In this document: positions 12,995 to 25,448 of the stretch, one piece after another
Position numbering within the stretch: position 1 is the stretch's first letter
Layout of the letters: every line of letters starts with the position of its first letter
From: Klebsormidium nitens
Taxonomy: Eukaryota > Plantae > Klebsormidiophyceae
Assembly (NCBI GenBank): GCA_000708835.1
Contig: DF237142.1
Location: forward strand, 88,537 to 152,536
Direction: 5' to 3'
DNA length: 64,000 nt
Notes under the pieces: generated by a model
Seen by the model: only the letters and a program-made list of their open reading frames with translations
What the model was told of the DNA's origin: nothing
The model's database searches: none
Translations under genes and position numbers: made by a program

Positions 12995-13831
12995 GCCGTG
13001 CAGATCGCCGTGCATAGCACGGCCGGGGGAATTTCTGCACGGCCGGGCGAAGCCCGCCGTGCAGATTGCCGTGCAGGCCCGGTGCCCTTGTTCCGGCCAG
13101 GTATCCCGCTGGCCGGGCACTCTCCGTCGACGGCAAGTACTCAAGAGTCTCGGAACACCTAATAATTCGAGTAAGCTAGCTATATTCAGGGCACGTTTGT
13201 CCGGCTATATTAGACTTTCCGGAAAGACCGACCCGGCCCGGCCCGGCCCGGCTTTACAAAACCTAAGCCCCCTTGAATAGTCTGGTAACTAAAGAGTGAC
13301 TTCACAGCGGGGTGACTTGAGATAGGCACCCGGGAGACGGGTGGGGTTAGCATGGTGGTTAGGGTGGGTTCGGGTGCGGAGCGGGTGAGTATCTGGGTTA
13401 GATTTTTTAGTTTGTTTGGTCGGGGATTGTGAATCTTAAGTCACTCACCCGTTAAGTCACCCCGGAGTTACCAGTAGGTATCCCTTGAATCACTCTCGCA
13501 ACTATACTTTCGTATGTGGCGGTCGATGGAACCTTTTGAACGGTTTGGATCTTCTAATATGCATCTTCGATTTTCTCCTCGGGGGTTTGTAAAAGAAACC
13601 TGGGTCCTGGTTGCAGCATCATAACGTCGTATACGGTTTGATATCGGTCATATGGTGTGTAAACGCGCAAATATCAATGCCATTGAGAATATATAGCAGG
13701 CCGTGCATGGTTTGCAGCGTCAGGGGGGAAAAGCCCGGGCAGAGTCATCGGCTCGGGGCTCTCAGCTGCACCGTCACGGCCGGCAAGGCCGTTGCACGGC
13801 CGGGCGGAGCCCGCCGTGCAGAATGCACGGC
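12995..13831. repeat. Two clusters of GCCGTGCA/TGCACGGC motifs sharing a 30-bp hairpin unit
   Basis: About 6 motif copies at 12995-13075 and about 4-5 at 13700-13831. TGCACGGCCGGGCG(A/G)AGCCCGCCGTGCAGA occurs at 13036-13065 and 13793-13822 (29/30 identical). Confidence 0.8.
13279..13481. mobile_element. Putative MITE with imperfect terminal inverted repeats and 9-bp flanking direct repeat
   Basis: CTGGTAACT at 13282-13290 and AGTTACCAG at 13466-13474, each followed inward by two GTGACTT/AAGTCAC subterminal copies. CCCTTGAAT flanks both sides (13270-13278, 13482-13490). Confidence 0.55.
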
Positions 13832-15633
13832 CGGGAAAAATTTGCTAGAACCCCTGGTTGTGGATGCTCAATGCAATGCCAGAGACGAAGCACAATGACG
13901 TGATGTACAGCCCTGTTAAACTTCAAAATCCAACTTCACAAGTTGCATAAATTTAAATCTCGAGTGGCGAGAGGGCGCCCTAGACATGTGATGCAACGAG
14001 AGGCGGGTAAACCAGGGCGGCCGCCACAAAGTCGACAATGGTTCCCTCGTGTGTGCATGTCCACTCTAAGTCTCTAGGCTAAGCGAGCTTAGCAAGCTGA
14101 CAAATGCTGCGTGCTCATTGGTCACACTGACACTTGAGTCACCGGCACTTCTGCGGCAATGGTTGTTGTCACTACGTAATCATTAATGTCGCGCGAAGTG
14201 GATTTGACACTTTACTTTTTACTCCAGTTTCTAGTTCTTCCTGGGCCAGCTTGCTCGCCATGGGCAATTGCCACTTTTGCAACGTTGCATTGGATTTGTT
14301 GTTGATGCTGGACTTTGGAGGTGGTTTCTTTCAGTAAGTAATAGCCCAGAGGGCAAAGGAAAGATCAGCTCCGAGCTGCCGTTGTTTGCTGTGACAGCAC
14401 CTGCAGGCTTCAGGTGAGCCTTGATGATGGAGATCTTGCATAACAAGATTGGGTTTTTATTATTTTGGCCGCAGGTACGCATCCAGATCTTCTTCTTTGC
14501 GTGTATTTCTGCTCGCTTGGTTCAGCTAATACTCACTGGACGTGAAGAGATGATGGGCTTGCAATCATTCTCATCTGCTTGAAAGCAACTTATGAAGCTC
14601 AGTAGAAGAGGAGTACAAAAGGGAAAATGACAACATGGACCTGAAAGTTGGTCAGGACGCCGAAGGGGTCGAGAAACTTTCCTCAAAACCTGGTAGCACT
14701 CTGCAAAAGATCTGAGATGAGTTTCAATAGTCTCACATTAGCTGGTTGTTCTAGAACCTTCTTTCGCAAAAGAGGTTCACAACTTCTTGTTGAAACTAGT
14801 GTGATACTATGTGTGCTGGCTAATAAATCTGTGGTGGAGATTTTAAATCAGTGGGCAAGACTTACATCAGCATTCAAGAAAGATCTTTGATCTCTACCAT
14901 TTGTGGGCAACTCCTTCTGACCTCAAGGCATGCTCAAGTATGGCCTACAGTAAATCAACACGATGACAGCACTTTCTCAGGATCGTCTGCTCTTCTCTTT
15001 TTTAAATCCAACTTTTAAGCACCTTCAATACATGTGGCGTTATATTCAAGGGCGCAATGACAGCTCTTTGAATCGATAAAATGACGGTTGTAAGATCAAA
15101 TGGATGGAAAAAACCTGTCACATCGTTTGATTCTGGGGCACCCCCTGTGTTGCAGGACACCGTGCCAGCTTTCCTTAGGGACTGCCCCAACCTCAGCACG
15201 GACCGCACCCCTGTTGAAAGTTTTGTGGTAGACCCCGGCCGCTCGCAGCAGTCACAAAAAAAGTCACATACAACATATAAAGGGGCAATTAAGGCGTGGG
15301 CATCATCAGTTCTCAACGGTGTGCACACAGGAGCCAGGTCCCAGCCCTTGTCCGTGCCAGCCAATATCAGTTTCTTACGGACGTCTGACACTAGCCAGTG
15401 AGGCAGAGCTGCCGCAAAGGCCCAGCCGATAGAAAGTGTCAAGCCTGAGAGGAGTGCTCGGGGAAGGGTGTGGCTGCAGGTCCACCAACGCTCTGCCAGT
15501 TTCCAAATATCACCGCACACAGTCAGAAGCTAGGAAGAGAAACCTGCCCAGCATAGACGATCACTCACTTACGTAAACATGGGCGATCGTCAGAGAAGAA
15601 GTGACACATAGTCAGCGAGAGGGCCCCTGAGCA

Positions 15634-18600
15634 ATGAGCCTCCCCCGGGGATCCCTCTTCTCAGGCAAGGTCAAGTTCGGGGGCCTGAAAGCCATAATGG
15701 TGCGCCCCGATCCGCGCTGCGTGGCGGCCGTGGCGCTCGTGTTCGTGACAGGTGTCATGCTCCGATTGGGCCTCTCGAGCAGCCCCCGATGCACGATCAC
15801 AGAGCTGTCCCTGGGGTACAATATCAACTACGCCAGGATCCAACAAGATGCGGAGCAAGTCCTGGCGTCCGCGCCTAGTTGGGTGGACGACCCAATGTGG
15901 TTCCGGGACCCTGTGCCGGAGAGCCCGATGAATGAACCAGGTAAGCTCAGGGGGCCTGCGTCCAAGACAAAGAGGGGTCGTCAGGACTTCCTCCCTCGTT
16001 AAGGTCTGTCTATTCTGACAGAGGGAGCCCAAGCAGGATATGCGGAAGGAAGCCGTGTTGCGTTGCTTGAGCTATTGTTGCGGTTTGCCTTATCTCAGAT
16101 AGGGAACAGCGCATTCCCCTCCCGCCGACAAGGGACACCGTGGTTTTTCCGTTCTCATTGTCACTTGAAGCTCGTCAATCTCGTGCCCATGCACATTACC
16201 AAGATCTCATGCTTTACTTAGAAGAGTATCATGCTCTTCGCATCCGCACTTGCGCGCAGTTTTTGGCGCCCCGTTGTAGCCTCTGAACTGCCATCATAGT
16301 CAACAGCCTCCCATTCCATAGTTTCTACGTCCAAGCTACACACACGAGAAGCTTTCCTTCCCATCTTTCTTTCCGTAGATTTGAAGCCGCCGGACGTGGC
16401 CTACTATCTGCTTTGACACTGTATCACCTTCCCGTGCCGCCCAAATTTCGAGGCCCAAATCACCTTTCTGAAACGCATTTCTTTCCCCTTTGTTCCTTGC
16501 AGACTTCTGGCGCCCCGTCGTGGCCTATCATCTATAACAACATCTATCACCTTCTCAGGCCAATTCCACGAGTTGAGGCCCAGATCGCCTTTTCTATTCC
16601 CTTTGTTTTTGCAGACTTTTGGCGCCCCGTCGTGGCCTACTATTTGTCCCCTTGGTCCCACCTGCAGCAGAAAGTGTGCCACCACATCGACTCCTCCCCA
16701 GCCTGCTCGGCGGCCGCAATCCTCCGCGCCTCCGACACTCCGCAAAAACGGATCACGAACCCCCTGCTAGACTATGCCTGCCAGCGACTGCACACCGAAT
16801 ACCAGTCCTTCCGAGCACAGGTGGGGGACGGCCCCGGGGGGAGTCGACTTTTGCGAATGTCATTCTCTTGACAGTTTCGTGTGACGTGGCAGTTTAGGGG
16901 CGGAGTAATGAGCGAAATTTGGGCCAATAATCACCAGGAATCACACCCAATGAGCAGAAGAGGTCAAGAACGGATTGTAAATGCTGGTCTTTTCAGTCTT
17001 GTTGCGGCAATCTTAAAAGTCATCGGTCGAACGTGAAACTGGGGGTAAACAGACATCAGGAAATCACAATTGATGAGCAGAGTTTGAGAATTTTTGCCAG
17101 ATTGACATGGTCGCGGGGTCATCATTTCACAAAAAGCCGATTCTCTGATTGACGGGTGTTAGAAGGTCCTGACTGTTCAGAACACCTATCTCTGTGAAGA
17201 AACGTCGACACGTCAGCGAGGCCGACCTCGATGCATCCTCGAAGATCTACCAGCTCCAGCACCCCAGGAATGCATTCCCACCACCTGGATTTGCCCCGCT
17301 CCCCCCAGGTGGTAAACGGCACCCTGTTCCTGTCAGAGTGCTGGTCTCTGCCCAACTGGCAGCCCACGATCGCCAACACCAAAATGGTCATTCTCGAAGC
17401 CATCCGGCAATTCGGCCCGCACGCTTTCCCTCCGGTGGACTTCACCGGGAACCAGTGGGACAACGACCTGGTGTCAATAAAAGGGCTGAACACGTCCGCC
17501 ATTGAAAATGACTCCATCGGGCTGAAGTGGGCGCCGCTTCCGATCTTTAGCCCGGTGCAGCAACCGGGGAAAACAGTGGACGTGCCGTTCCCAGGTAAGG
17601 AGCGCGGCGCTCGATTGTGAAATCTGAAAGCGGAGTGGCTTGGACTGGTTGGTATTTTCGGTGTTCGTTCGCATGAAGCATCGCCTTCTCTCGGTGTCAA
17701 GGGGCGGGCGGTTAATAGACACCAATTGCGGGTCGGCTGGCAAAAGATCTGTAAAATTTGTAAGCCGAGAAAGAACGGATGGGTTTTTTATTTCTTGAGA
17801 AGCGTGTGGAATCGACAAAGCGTGAAATACTTTCTTTTTCTGTTTGTTAACTGCGAAGAATAGCTTAAACCTTCTTGTGGGCTGCGGGGCTGTCTTGCCA
17901 ACCCTACTGGAACTTTCGAGTATTTCCATGTATTCCTTTCGTGATCTGTAATTTTTATCGTAACCGATCACCAGGTACCCCGCTTTCGAGGTCGTCGATG
18001 CCTCCGCCGCAATTCGTTGGGACTGTCGAACACATTCCATATGGATCTTTTGGATTTCTTTCCGTTCCACCTCGTCCTCGTCTCTTCTTTTTGAGACCTT
18101 CGGTTGGCAACGAAAAAAGAATATTTTGTGAAGACTGGCGGCTGTCGGTACTTCACGCATGGCCCCGTCCCCTGACCGACATTGGACTTGCTCCCCCGAA
18201 CAAACACCGTCGTAAAATCGAGTCCTTGCGCATTGCGTCGCTGTTGAAGTCGTCTCGGTTCTGGATCTGCTACGCATCTATTACAGATCCCGATTGACCT
18301 AGTCGATCAACGGCTGTTCGCCTTTCAAAACAACGCCCCGTCAGCATCGACTGACAATGGCGCAAGTCGTGCTTGAGATTCGATCCGTTTTGGCCGCAAT
18401 CACGTTGCAAATTGTCTCGATATCCACCGCAAAGGTAACTTATTGCCCTCACGTTCAGTTTATGTCGCAAGGCAAATAAGCCGGACCCCGATCGCCACTA
18501 TTGCCAAGACTTCTTGTGCACGTTGGGCCCCAAGGCGAGTTTGAGAGGATTTCGAGAGTGCTTGGGAAGCCTCTTACACAATCTCCTTCCGAAGAAGACC

Positions 18601-21569
18601 CCAACTTCTGTCCGTATTCTTCGTCTACGCTGGGCCTCAGCACACGACACCACAACGGTCCGAACGAGCTCGAGAAATCGCGATCCGAATCCCTCCACAA
18701 GATAGACCGTGACGATCCGTTTCTCCCCTTTTGGCCAGACTTCTCATTCATGCTGGGCCCCAACAACGAGTTCAAGACGCCCCCCTGGGACTACCGCCGT
18801 CGGATGGTGGCGGAGATTGCGTCGCGTATCCCGTGGGAGGCGCGCAGCAGCCTCGCCATCTGGAGCGGCAGCGTCGGGAAGGAGGGGTCGCAGCGGCAGG
18901 CGAGTCTGAGTCCACGTTTCCCTTCTTCTCGTCTTATTCTCGTCTTCTTCCCTTCTTCTTCTTTATCTTCTGCAGCTTTTCTTTCATTTCTCCTGACGGT
19001 AGGCTATTCTACAGCCAATTGACAAGAAACGCTATTGGACATAAAAAGTCCAGTACCTCTTGCTTCTTCCTGGCTTCGGTTTAGAAGATTGCCTATTTGT
19101 GTCAGCCTTCTCTCGAAAGGCTTCGCTTCATTGTTTGAGCCATGCACGCCCTAGGTAACCTGTCAACTCCAGCGGCTGACCTTTACCGCCAAGCACCAGT
19201 TTCTTTGGCAGCTCGGACATTTGAATTCGAGGTTGCTTCGAAGCTGACGGGGAAGAAGGCCAGTTCTCCTTCTGTGGTCAACCAGAGGCTGCTGAAATCA
19301 CAATCCGCTGTTGACGAAAATTGCGAAACGGATGATCTCTTCAAATACGGATCCGACAATTGCCCAAAATACCTCGAAAAGCACTTGTGTGCTACTGGGC
19401 CTTTGCTGACCGGAAAGCCCTTTGTTTGTTCCACTGCTTTATCAGAATTGATTCAACGTGCGGCTATACTTGTACGGAAGAGTCTAGGATTCGTCAAGGT
19501 TGTTTTCTTGTCGAGCTGACAAGCTCGAACGCTGATAGGGGTTCTTTCGACCTGTGAGCCCCTCGCAACAAGCCATTTAGAGCTTTTCGGGACTCGCTTC
19601 GGAGTGTGCTATTCAGCAACCAGCAGATTCGAGGGCGTTTCATTTGACAACAGAGTGCGATTGGCCTGCAGGAGCTGAAAGCGGTGGCAGAGGCAAATCC
19701 CGAGCTTCTGTTTGTGAACGACTTCGACGTGTACATCAGCAGGGTTAGGGCGGTGCGCAAGTGCCACGTCACGATGCCGGGTGAGGACACTGCACACGTC
19801 ACTGTTCCGATTTCAAAATTGATTGTTGTAAGCTCGCTTGCATCCGTGACTGGACGGCTCAAAGTGCCCCAAAACCCTGTTCAGGGGCGTGTTCGGGAAA
19901 AAGTGTGACACCGTCGAATTTCGGTCGACCGTGCCAAACCCCTACGTCTAATAGGGACACGTTTCGGAGGCACTGCTCCGTAAGATGGGACGGGTCAACC
20001 TGTGGTACGTATGATTCTGGGCCTCATCGATGTTTTGGGTTCTGATTGTGTTCTTCCGCTTGCTGCGTTTGCACTCCCCTTCCTGGTTGCACCTTCACCC
20101 TACGAAAGACTCTAACTACAGTTTAGAGTCAGCTTGCTGAATGTACGTCAGAAATGTGCCCTTGAAAGCCTCGGACGTCCGCTTCACGCCAAAACGGACA
20201 ACCATTTTTGGCGCATAGGCCCATTTGGTCTCGGTTGCACCGTGAGTTTCTTGGTCCTCATTCAGGGACGACCGATGAGAAGAGTTGCAGACTTTTCTTG
20301 GACAAGACTAGGACAAGGCAGATCCGTCTTCAGGAGGGTGAAGACCGGCTCGTCAACCAGGCATTCTTGGCGAGGCTGTCGTTCACAGTTTCTTTGCACT
20401 TCACCTTCTTTTCCCGGGCATACGGCAAAGGACGCGCTTTCTACCAATGAGTCGGCACGTTGTTCGACACACGGTGGCGTCCTTGGGAACTCGCTGCAAC
20501 GACCGGGCACCTTGCACGTATGAACACCACTTGCTACGCCGTGCTGACGTATGTCTTGCTGACGTGGCAGGGGAGCTGACGGTGGGGCGGGGCATGGGCA
20601 GCAGCACGAACGCGTGCCAGATGGACTTCCACGACCTGTGCAAGTTCAAGTACCTAGTGCACATACGGGGGGGCGTCGGGGGGATGACGTGTGAGCCACG
20701 TTATCCTACTTGCGCTCCGCCCCTTGATTTACACAAATCGCTTTATCTCGCCTTTCCGGCCATGCCACTAAAAGCAGGGCCTTCTGATGGGACCCGAAAC
20801 GGTTTTGACATTCAAGGTTGAGCTTTGCGTTCAGCACGTGCCTAGCTTTGAAGCACTTTATTGAAAGTTCTGCAGGATAAACTCTTCAAGCCCCTTGTTG
20901 ATTTGCGTGCTTCGGTTTGATTCACGGCTCTTTTTGGGCTGCAATGCCCGGACGAGTTTTCCCAAGAACGTCTCCTTCATTCTCATTCTTGTGCGGCAAT
21001 TACCTTTGTCGGTGTTGGCTCGTTCAACCTCGGCAGTGACGTTCTGCTGACGCTTTTCAGAGCAAGCTCCCAGTTGATCTACTTTGCGCACCATCTGCAC
21101 TGTTTTCATTCTCTCTTCACACCGCTCAGCTAACGTTTCCCTCCTGCGTTTTCCAGACTCGAATCGGTTGAAGGACTTGTTGCTGTGCGGCTCCGTGGTT
21201 CTATACGTAGAGTACCCGTGGCAGGAGTTCTTCGAGCCGCTCTTACAACCGTGGGTGCATTACGTCCCGGTACCAACCGTTGGGGACCTCCCCGCGGTCA
21301 TCCGGGAGCTCAAACGGAACGAACGGGAGGCGAAGCGGATCGGGCGGAATGGGGCGGAGTTTGCGCAGGGCATGGGCTCACGCGCGGTGTCGGCGTATGT
21401 GGTGGAGCTGTTTCGGCAATACGCGGCGCTGCAAGACTTCGTGCCGGAGGGCTTGCCGGACGCGACAGCTGTGCGATGCCCGCGGGATTTGTATGAGCAC
21501 TATCACCTGCCGCTCGAAGATTACCCGATGTACCCATGTATGAATGAGATGCCCCGCCTGCTCGAGTAG
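15634..21569 (+). CDS. Glycosyltransferase family 90 (CAP10/KDELC/POGLUT-like), type II membrane protein
   Basis: Exons 15634-15940, 16615-16820, 17309-17594, 18739-18899 (probable GC donor), 19672-19780, 20571-20690, 21157-21569. N-terminal TM (CVAAVALVFVTGVMLRL); GT90 motifs LPIFS...DVPFPDFSF, PWEARSSLAIWSGS, DLCKFKYLVHIRG...YSNRLKDLLLCGSVVL...EFFEPLLQPWVHYVPV. Confidence 0.88.
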
Positions 21570-22702
21570 GGCGCTTTCACGCCGGAGGCGATGCAGCAGA
21601 GCCAACTGCAATGGTTCCGCAGCAACCAGCATGTGCGCTTAAGCGAAGGTTGGGTGTTATAAGCCGTTCTCCGGCTTTGTAAGCTTTGACTTTGCCTCCG
21701 GAAGTGGAGCCGGGTGGTCGAAATCGACCACCCAGCCAGAGCTAAGCAAACAAAATTAACACCCATGCAATGGATCAGATAGTTCCGGCTGCCTTCATTT
21801 GACTAGCTATAGCCGAGAGCCCAAATTATGGAAACCATGTAGGCACCTATTGTTAAGTACTGAATACTTCATGCTTGTCTAGTGTGCGAGTTCCTAATAC
21901 AAGCGCACATGCAATGATCAGCTCCTCGACAATCATGCGCCTTTGGCACTTTATATGGGGAGATTGCATATCTGATTACCTGCTGTGCATCAGGGCAGAT
22001 TAATGCAGGCCCTGTGTCTGTGTTGCACATAGGGTACTTCTTGCATGAGCCATATCTATCATGCGTCGGGGTACGTACGCCCTTCATGAATTAAATATAC
22101 ATGTGAATGTGTACCTATATTCGTAGAGAGCTCTGTCATGCACTTCATTGTCCAATTCTGACTCAGTGGGATCCTCAGTTATCGAAGTGCTTTGAATGAC
22201 AGGTTCTGTTCTCGCGGCTATTCAAAGCAAGAAACATAGAATACTCCGTTTATGCACAGCACCCAGTGCTGTGGCCCATTCCGATGTTAACAGCACAAAA
22301 TACAGGCATGCAAAAGCCTCAAAAGGTGAATTTATCCTTGATTCGCATTGCAAGCGCAGATGGTGTTGAATCAAGATGGCAGCCGACATGCGTCAATGAG
22401 TTCTTGAAGGGAATATGAAAAACGTTGACACCAGGCTCTCAAGATCTCGAGAACCATTGCTGCTTACGTTGAATTCTATGTACACAAACATCCGTATCTG
22501 AAGCCCGACCAATAGCACAAGGCCGCAATCATCCCGACAGGGAGGATGAGGCCCCAGCTCGCCCGAAAAACTCAATGTGATGTCACCGCTACTTGCTGGT
22601 CTGCATTCGAGGGTGGCTGACTTGCCTGTATCAATGTAGGCTTGCTGTTCTGTTCTGTTATTGCTCATTACGCTCTTGTAGCACAGATCACAGACGTGCT
22701 GC

Positions 22703-24637
22703 CTATGCTGAGCCCATCATATCAGCAGGCTCGCCATATGGTGTCTTGCCTGTGAACTTGAGATCGGCAGGGTTTGCGTTTGACCCAATGTTCCTCATGT
22801 TCATGTTCTCGCCCTTCCTGCCAGCGTTGACCTTCTCAGGGTACACTCCGTCCTTAGGGTGCAAGTATTGGACCTCACCGCTGCAGAAAAATGATCAACT
22901 AGTCTTTTATTTTAAACAACTCTAACAAGCAACACTAAGAAATCTTCTCACCCTCAAGCAAGACAAGCGCAAAACTGATGCTGTGGAGACAAAACTGCAG
23001 CTGCGGTAAGGGTTGCGCGAGAAACAGAGAAACACTGAACAATTGTACTGCCACCTTGCACGTTCTCGAAAAACAACCAGATGCCACTACATCTCACAAT
23101 AAAGAGCTTCAACCGGCCCTAGGGAACCGCTGAATGACGAAGAACAAGGCACCAAGAAGTGACATACCTGGGGAACACCCTGTAGAATTGGTAGTTGATC
23201 TTGAACTTGTTCCTAAGCTGCGTTCCTAGAGCCAGGCACTGCTCCTTCCTGGCAAGTTTCAAAAGGTTGGGTCCCTTGCGAGCGATGGCAGCGCCCCCGG
23301 TTGGCAACTCAAAGATCTGCTCCTTGGGTGACTCGAAAGTGATGACATAGAACTCCTCAACCTGAGCCTTTCTAAGCAGACCGCCGGTGGACCCGCCTGC
23401 ATTCAGAAACAAGGCCGCCATGAGTATGCGCAAGCGCAACCTGAAAGTGAAAGTGTTTGCTAGGATGTAGAATTCCCTTCCCATTACTTGCCTTCCCTTC
23501 CCTTACAAGAATTTGGAAACCCTGGTGGCGATTGCCCAATACAAGCTGCATATGCTATTGCATTCTGTGCTGCCCTTGGCATACTATTTGCAATCGTTCT
23601 TATCCTATCATGGCACCCTAGCTAGAATGGGGTGCCTGGTCTGAATACGGGCAGCAACTTCCAATAGATAATCAGGAGAAAAGTGACATTGGCAAACACT
23701 GTTACTGGAAAGCTTGCTGCAAACAGAGTAGTCTTGAGGTTGAGGTGAATGCAGCTGTTCATGCTACAGCGCAGCCGGAATTTGCACAGGACTGCTTGTT
23801 AACCACCCTTGGTCAAGACCATTGCCGGGTCTTCTCAAATATACAATACCTTCTTAATTTGTGCCATTCAGATGCCAGATGCAACATTGTCACCATCCTT
23901 TTGTCGTGCAACGCTCTCTTTCAGACCACCAGAAACACACCCGTCATAACGAACCAAATCCCGCAAGCTAATCAGGAGGTATGCACTTGGCAGAATCCAA
24001 CCCCTGAAAGCTGACACCTCACCGAGATGCTTGAGACAAACTAGGAAGAGCGATTATCAGCTAACATTCTAGCACAGTCCTTTTTGAGCTTTTATCCATA
24101 TTGATCACAGCCAATGCATTTGCAGGTCAGCAGGACGATTGCATACAGCGTGACCTGATCTTGGTTTATTGCCAACTAAAGCTAAAGGCAGTGGCCGGTG
24201 TCTCTCATTCTCCCTGAAAACCTGTCTCCGAGGCTCAGACTTGCCGTAATTCTGCATTGCTTATGAGGACTAAGTATCCAGAACCAAGCTAGGACCTTAC
24301 AACTCTGCTCATCAATCTGCGAACCAAAGGAGACAGTTTGTCCTTGAAATCTGCACTCACCGAAGATGGGAGAAGGGATAGATGAGTCCAAGGTGGGGGG
24401 GGTGAAAGGCTTCTTCTCAGCCTTTCCCTCTGGCGGCTTAACAGCGGTGCTCTTCTCCTCCATTACTGTCCTGTGCCCAGACTGCACCGCAGCCAGCCTC
24501 TGGCCCCTGAAAGCGCTGCCCCTCATTGGGATGCCAGACACAAAGCTCCTGACCTGCACAGTCTGGCTGGCCGCTGCCGACCCAGCCACCGAGGTGGCGG
24601 CCACACTGGTCGAAGCACGGGCAAGAGAGGAAGCCAT
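22703..24637 (-). CDS. psaD: Photosystem I reaction centre subunit II (PsaD), nuclear-encoded with transit peptide
   Basis: Exons 24637-24361, 23396-23168, 22880-22703. [43 protein letters not shown]...[11 protein letters not shown]...[28 protein letters not shown]. Confidence 0.97.
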
Positions 24638-25448
24638 TGCGCCTGCTGATTGCAGAGGGGAAACAAAGGTGGTCAGGAAAGATCAAAGCACTTCTCAATG
24701 GCGTCTTTCGTGTGCTTTTCCTTCTTCCTGATTCTTCACTCCAGAGTTCAGTCTGACTGTCTGTTCATCACACTGCTCAAATGACAAGGACGACCGTTCC
24801 TCCATGTGGCGTCAACCGATAGCTAATTCACTTCCCAGGCGCTCCCAGGTTCGTACCAAGGACTCAGTTTGCGGGCAAACTGGTTAACTGGAGGTCGGTT
24901 AGATCTTCCGACCATTCCTCGGGGCTTCTGAAGGCTGGTTGGAAAGGTAAAGCGCAATCTGATTCAGATTCTGCGCCTTCTTATTGGACGAAGGATGGCG
25001 GATAAGGGGCCAGATCGCTGCCGCCGATAGTGTGCCTTGAGACAAATCAACGGTTGTTATGGGACATCTTCCGTCGAGATAATTTGGCCCCTGCGATCGG
25101 TGATCCATTTTCGACGCTCTTGTAAACGTAAGAAAGGCCGCCGCTTCCTGTGCGCGCGCTAACGCGCAGCATATGCCATATGACATGGTGCGTCGCGCGT
25201 AAAAGCATCGCCGCGGCCGCGCTGCAGCATCTCATGTGTAGCTCGCGGCCGGCAATCATGGCCCTGACTGTCAGCTCCAGAAAAGCCCGAGCAGGAAATG
25301 AAACTTGAAGTTGAACTAAGAAGTTGAAAGGAAGTTAGAACGTGAAGAGCCCAGCAGGCGACTGCAGGATAGATCAGACTTGTCCTGATCTGTGGGTTCG
25401 TTGTGGGCCCCTGGAGCTTAGCAATCGTTACTGCTTTGCGTTGAAAAG

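Noticed and set aside
14134-15520. Short ORFs and scattered splice-like signals between EF-P and GT90, including the 172-aa ORF at 15002-15520
   Set aside because: No recognisable domain, no ATG start for the longest ORF and no consistent exon chain; cannot support a gene.
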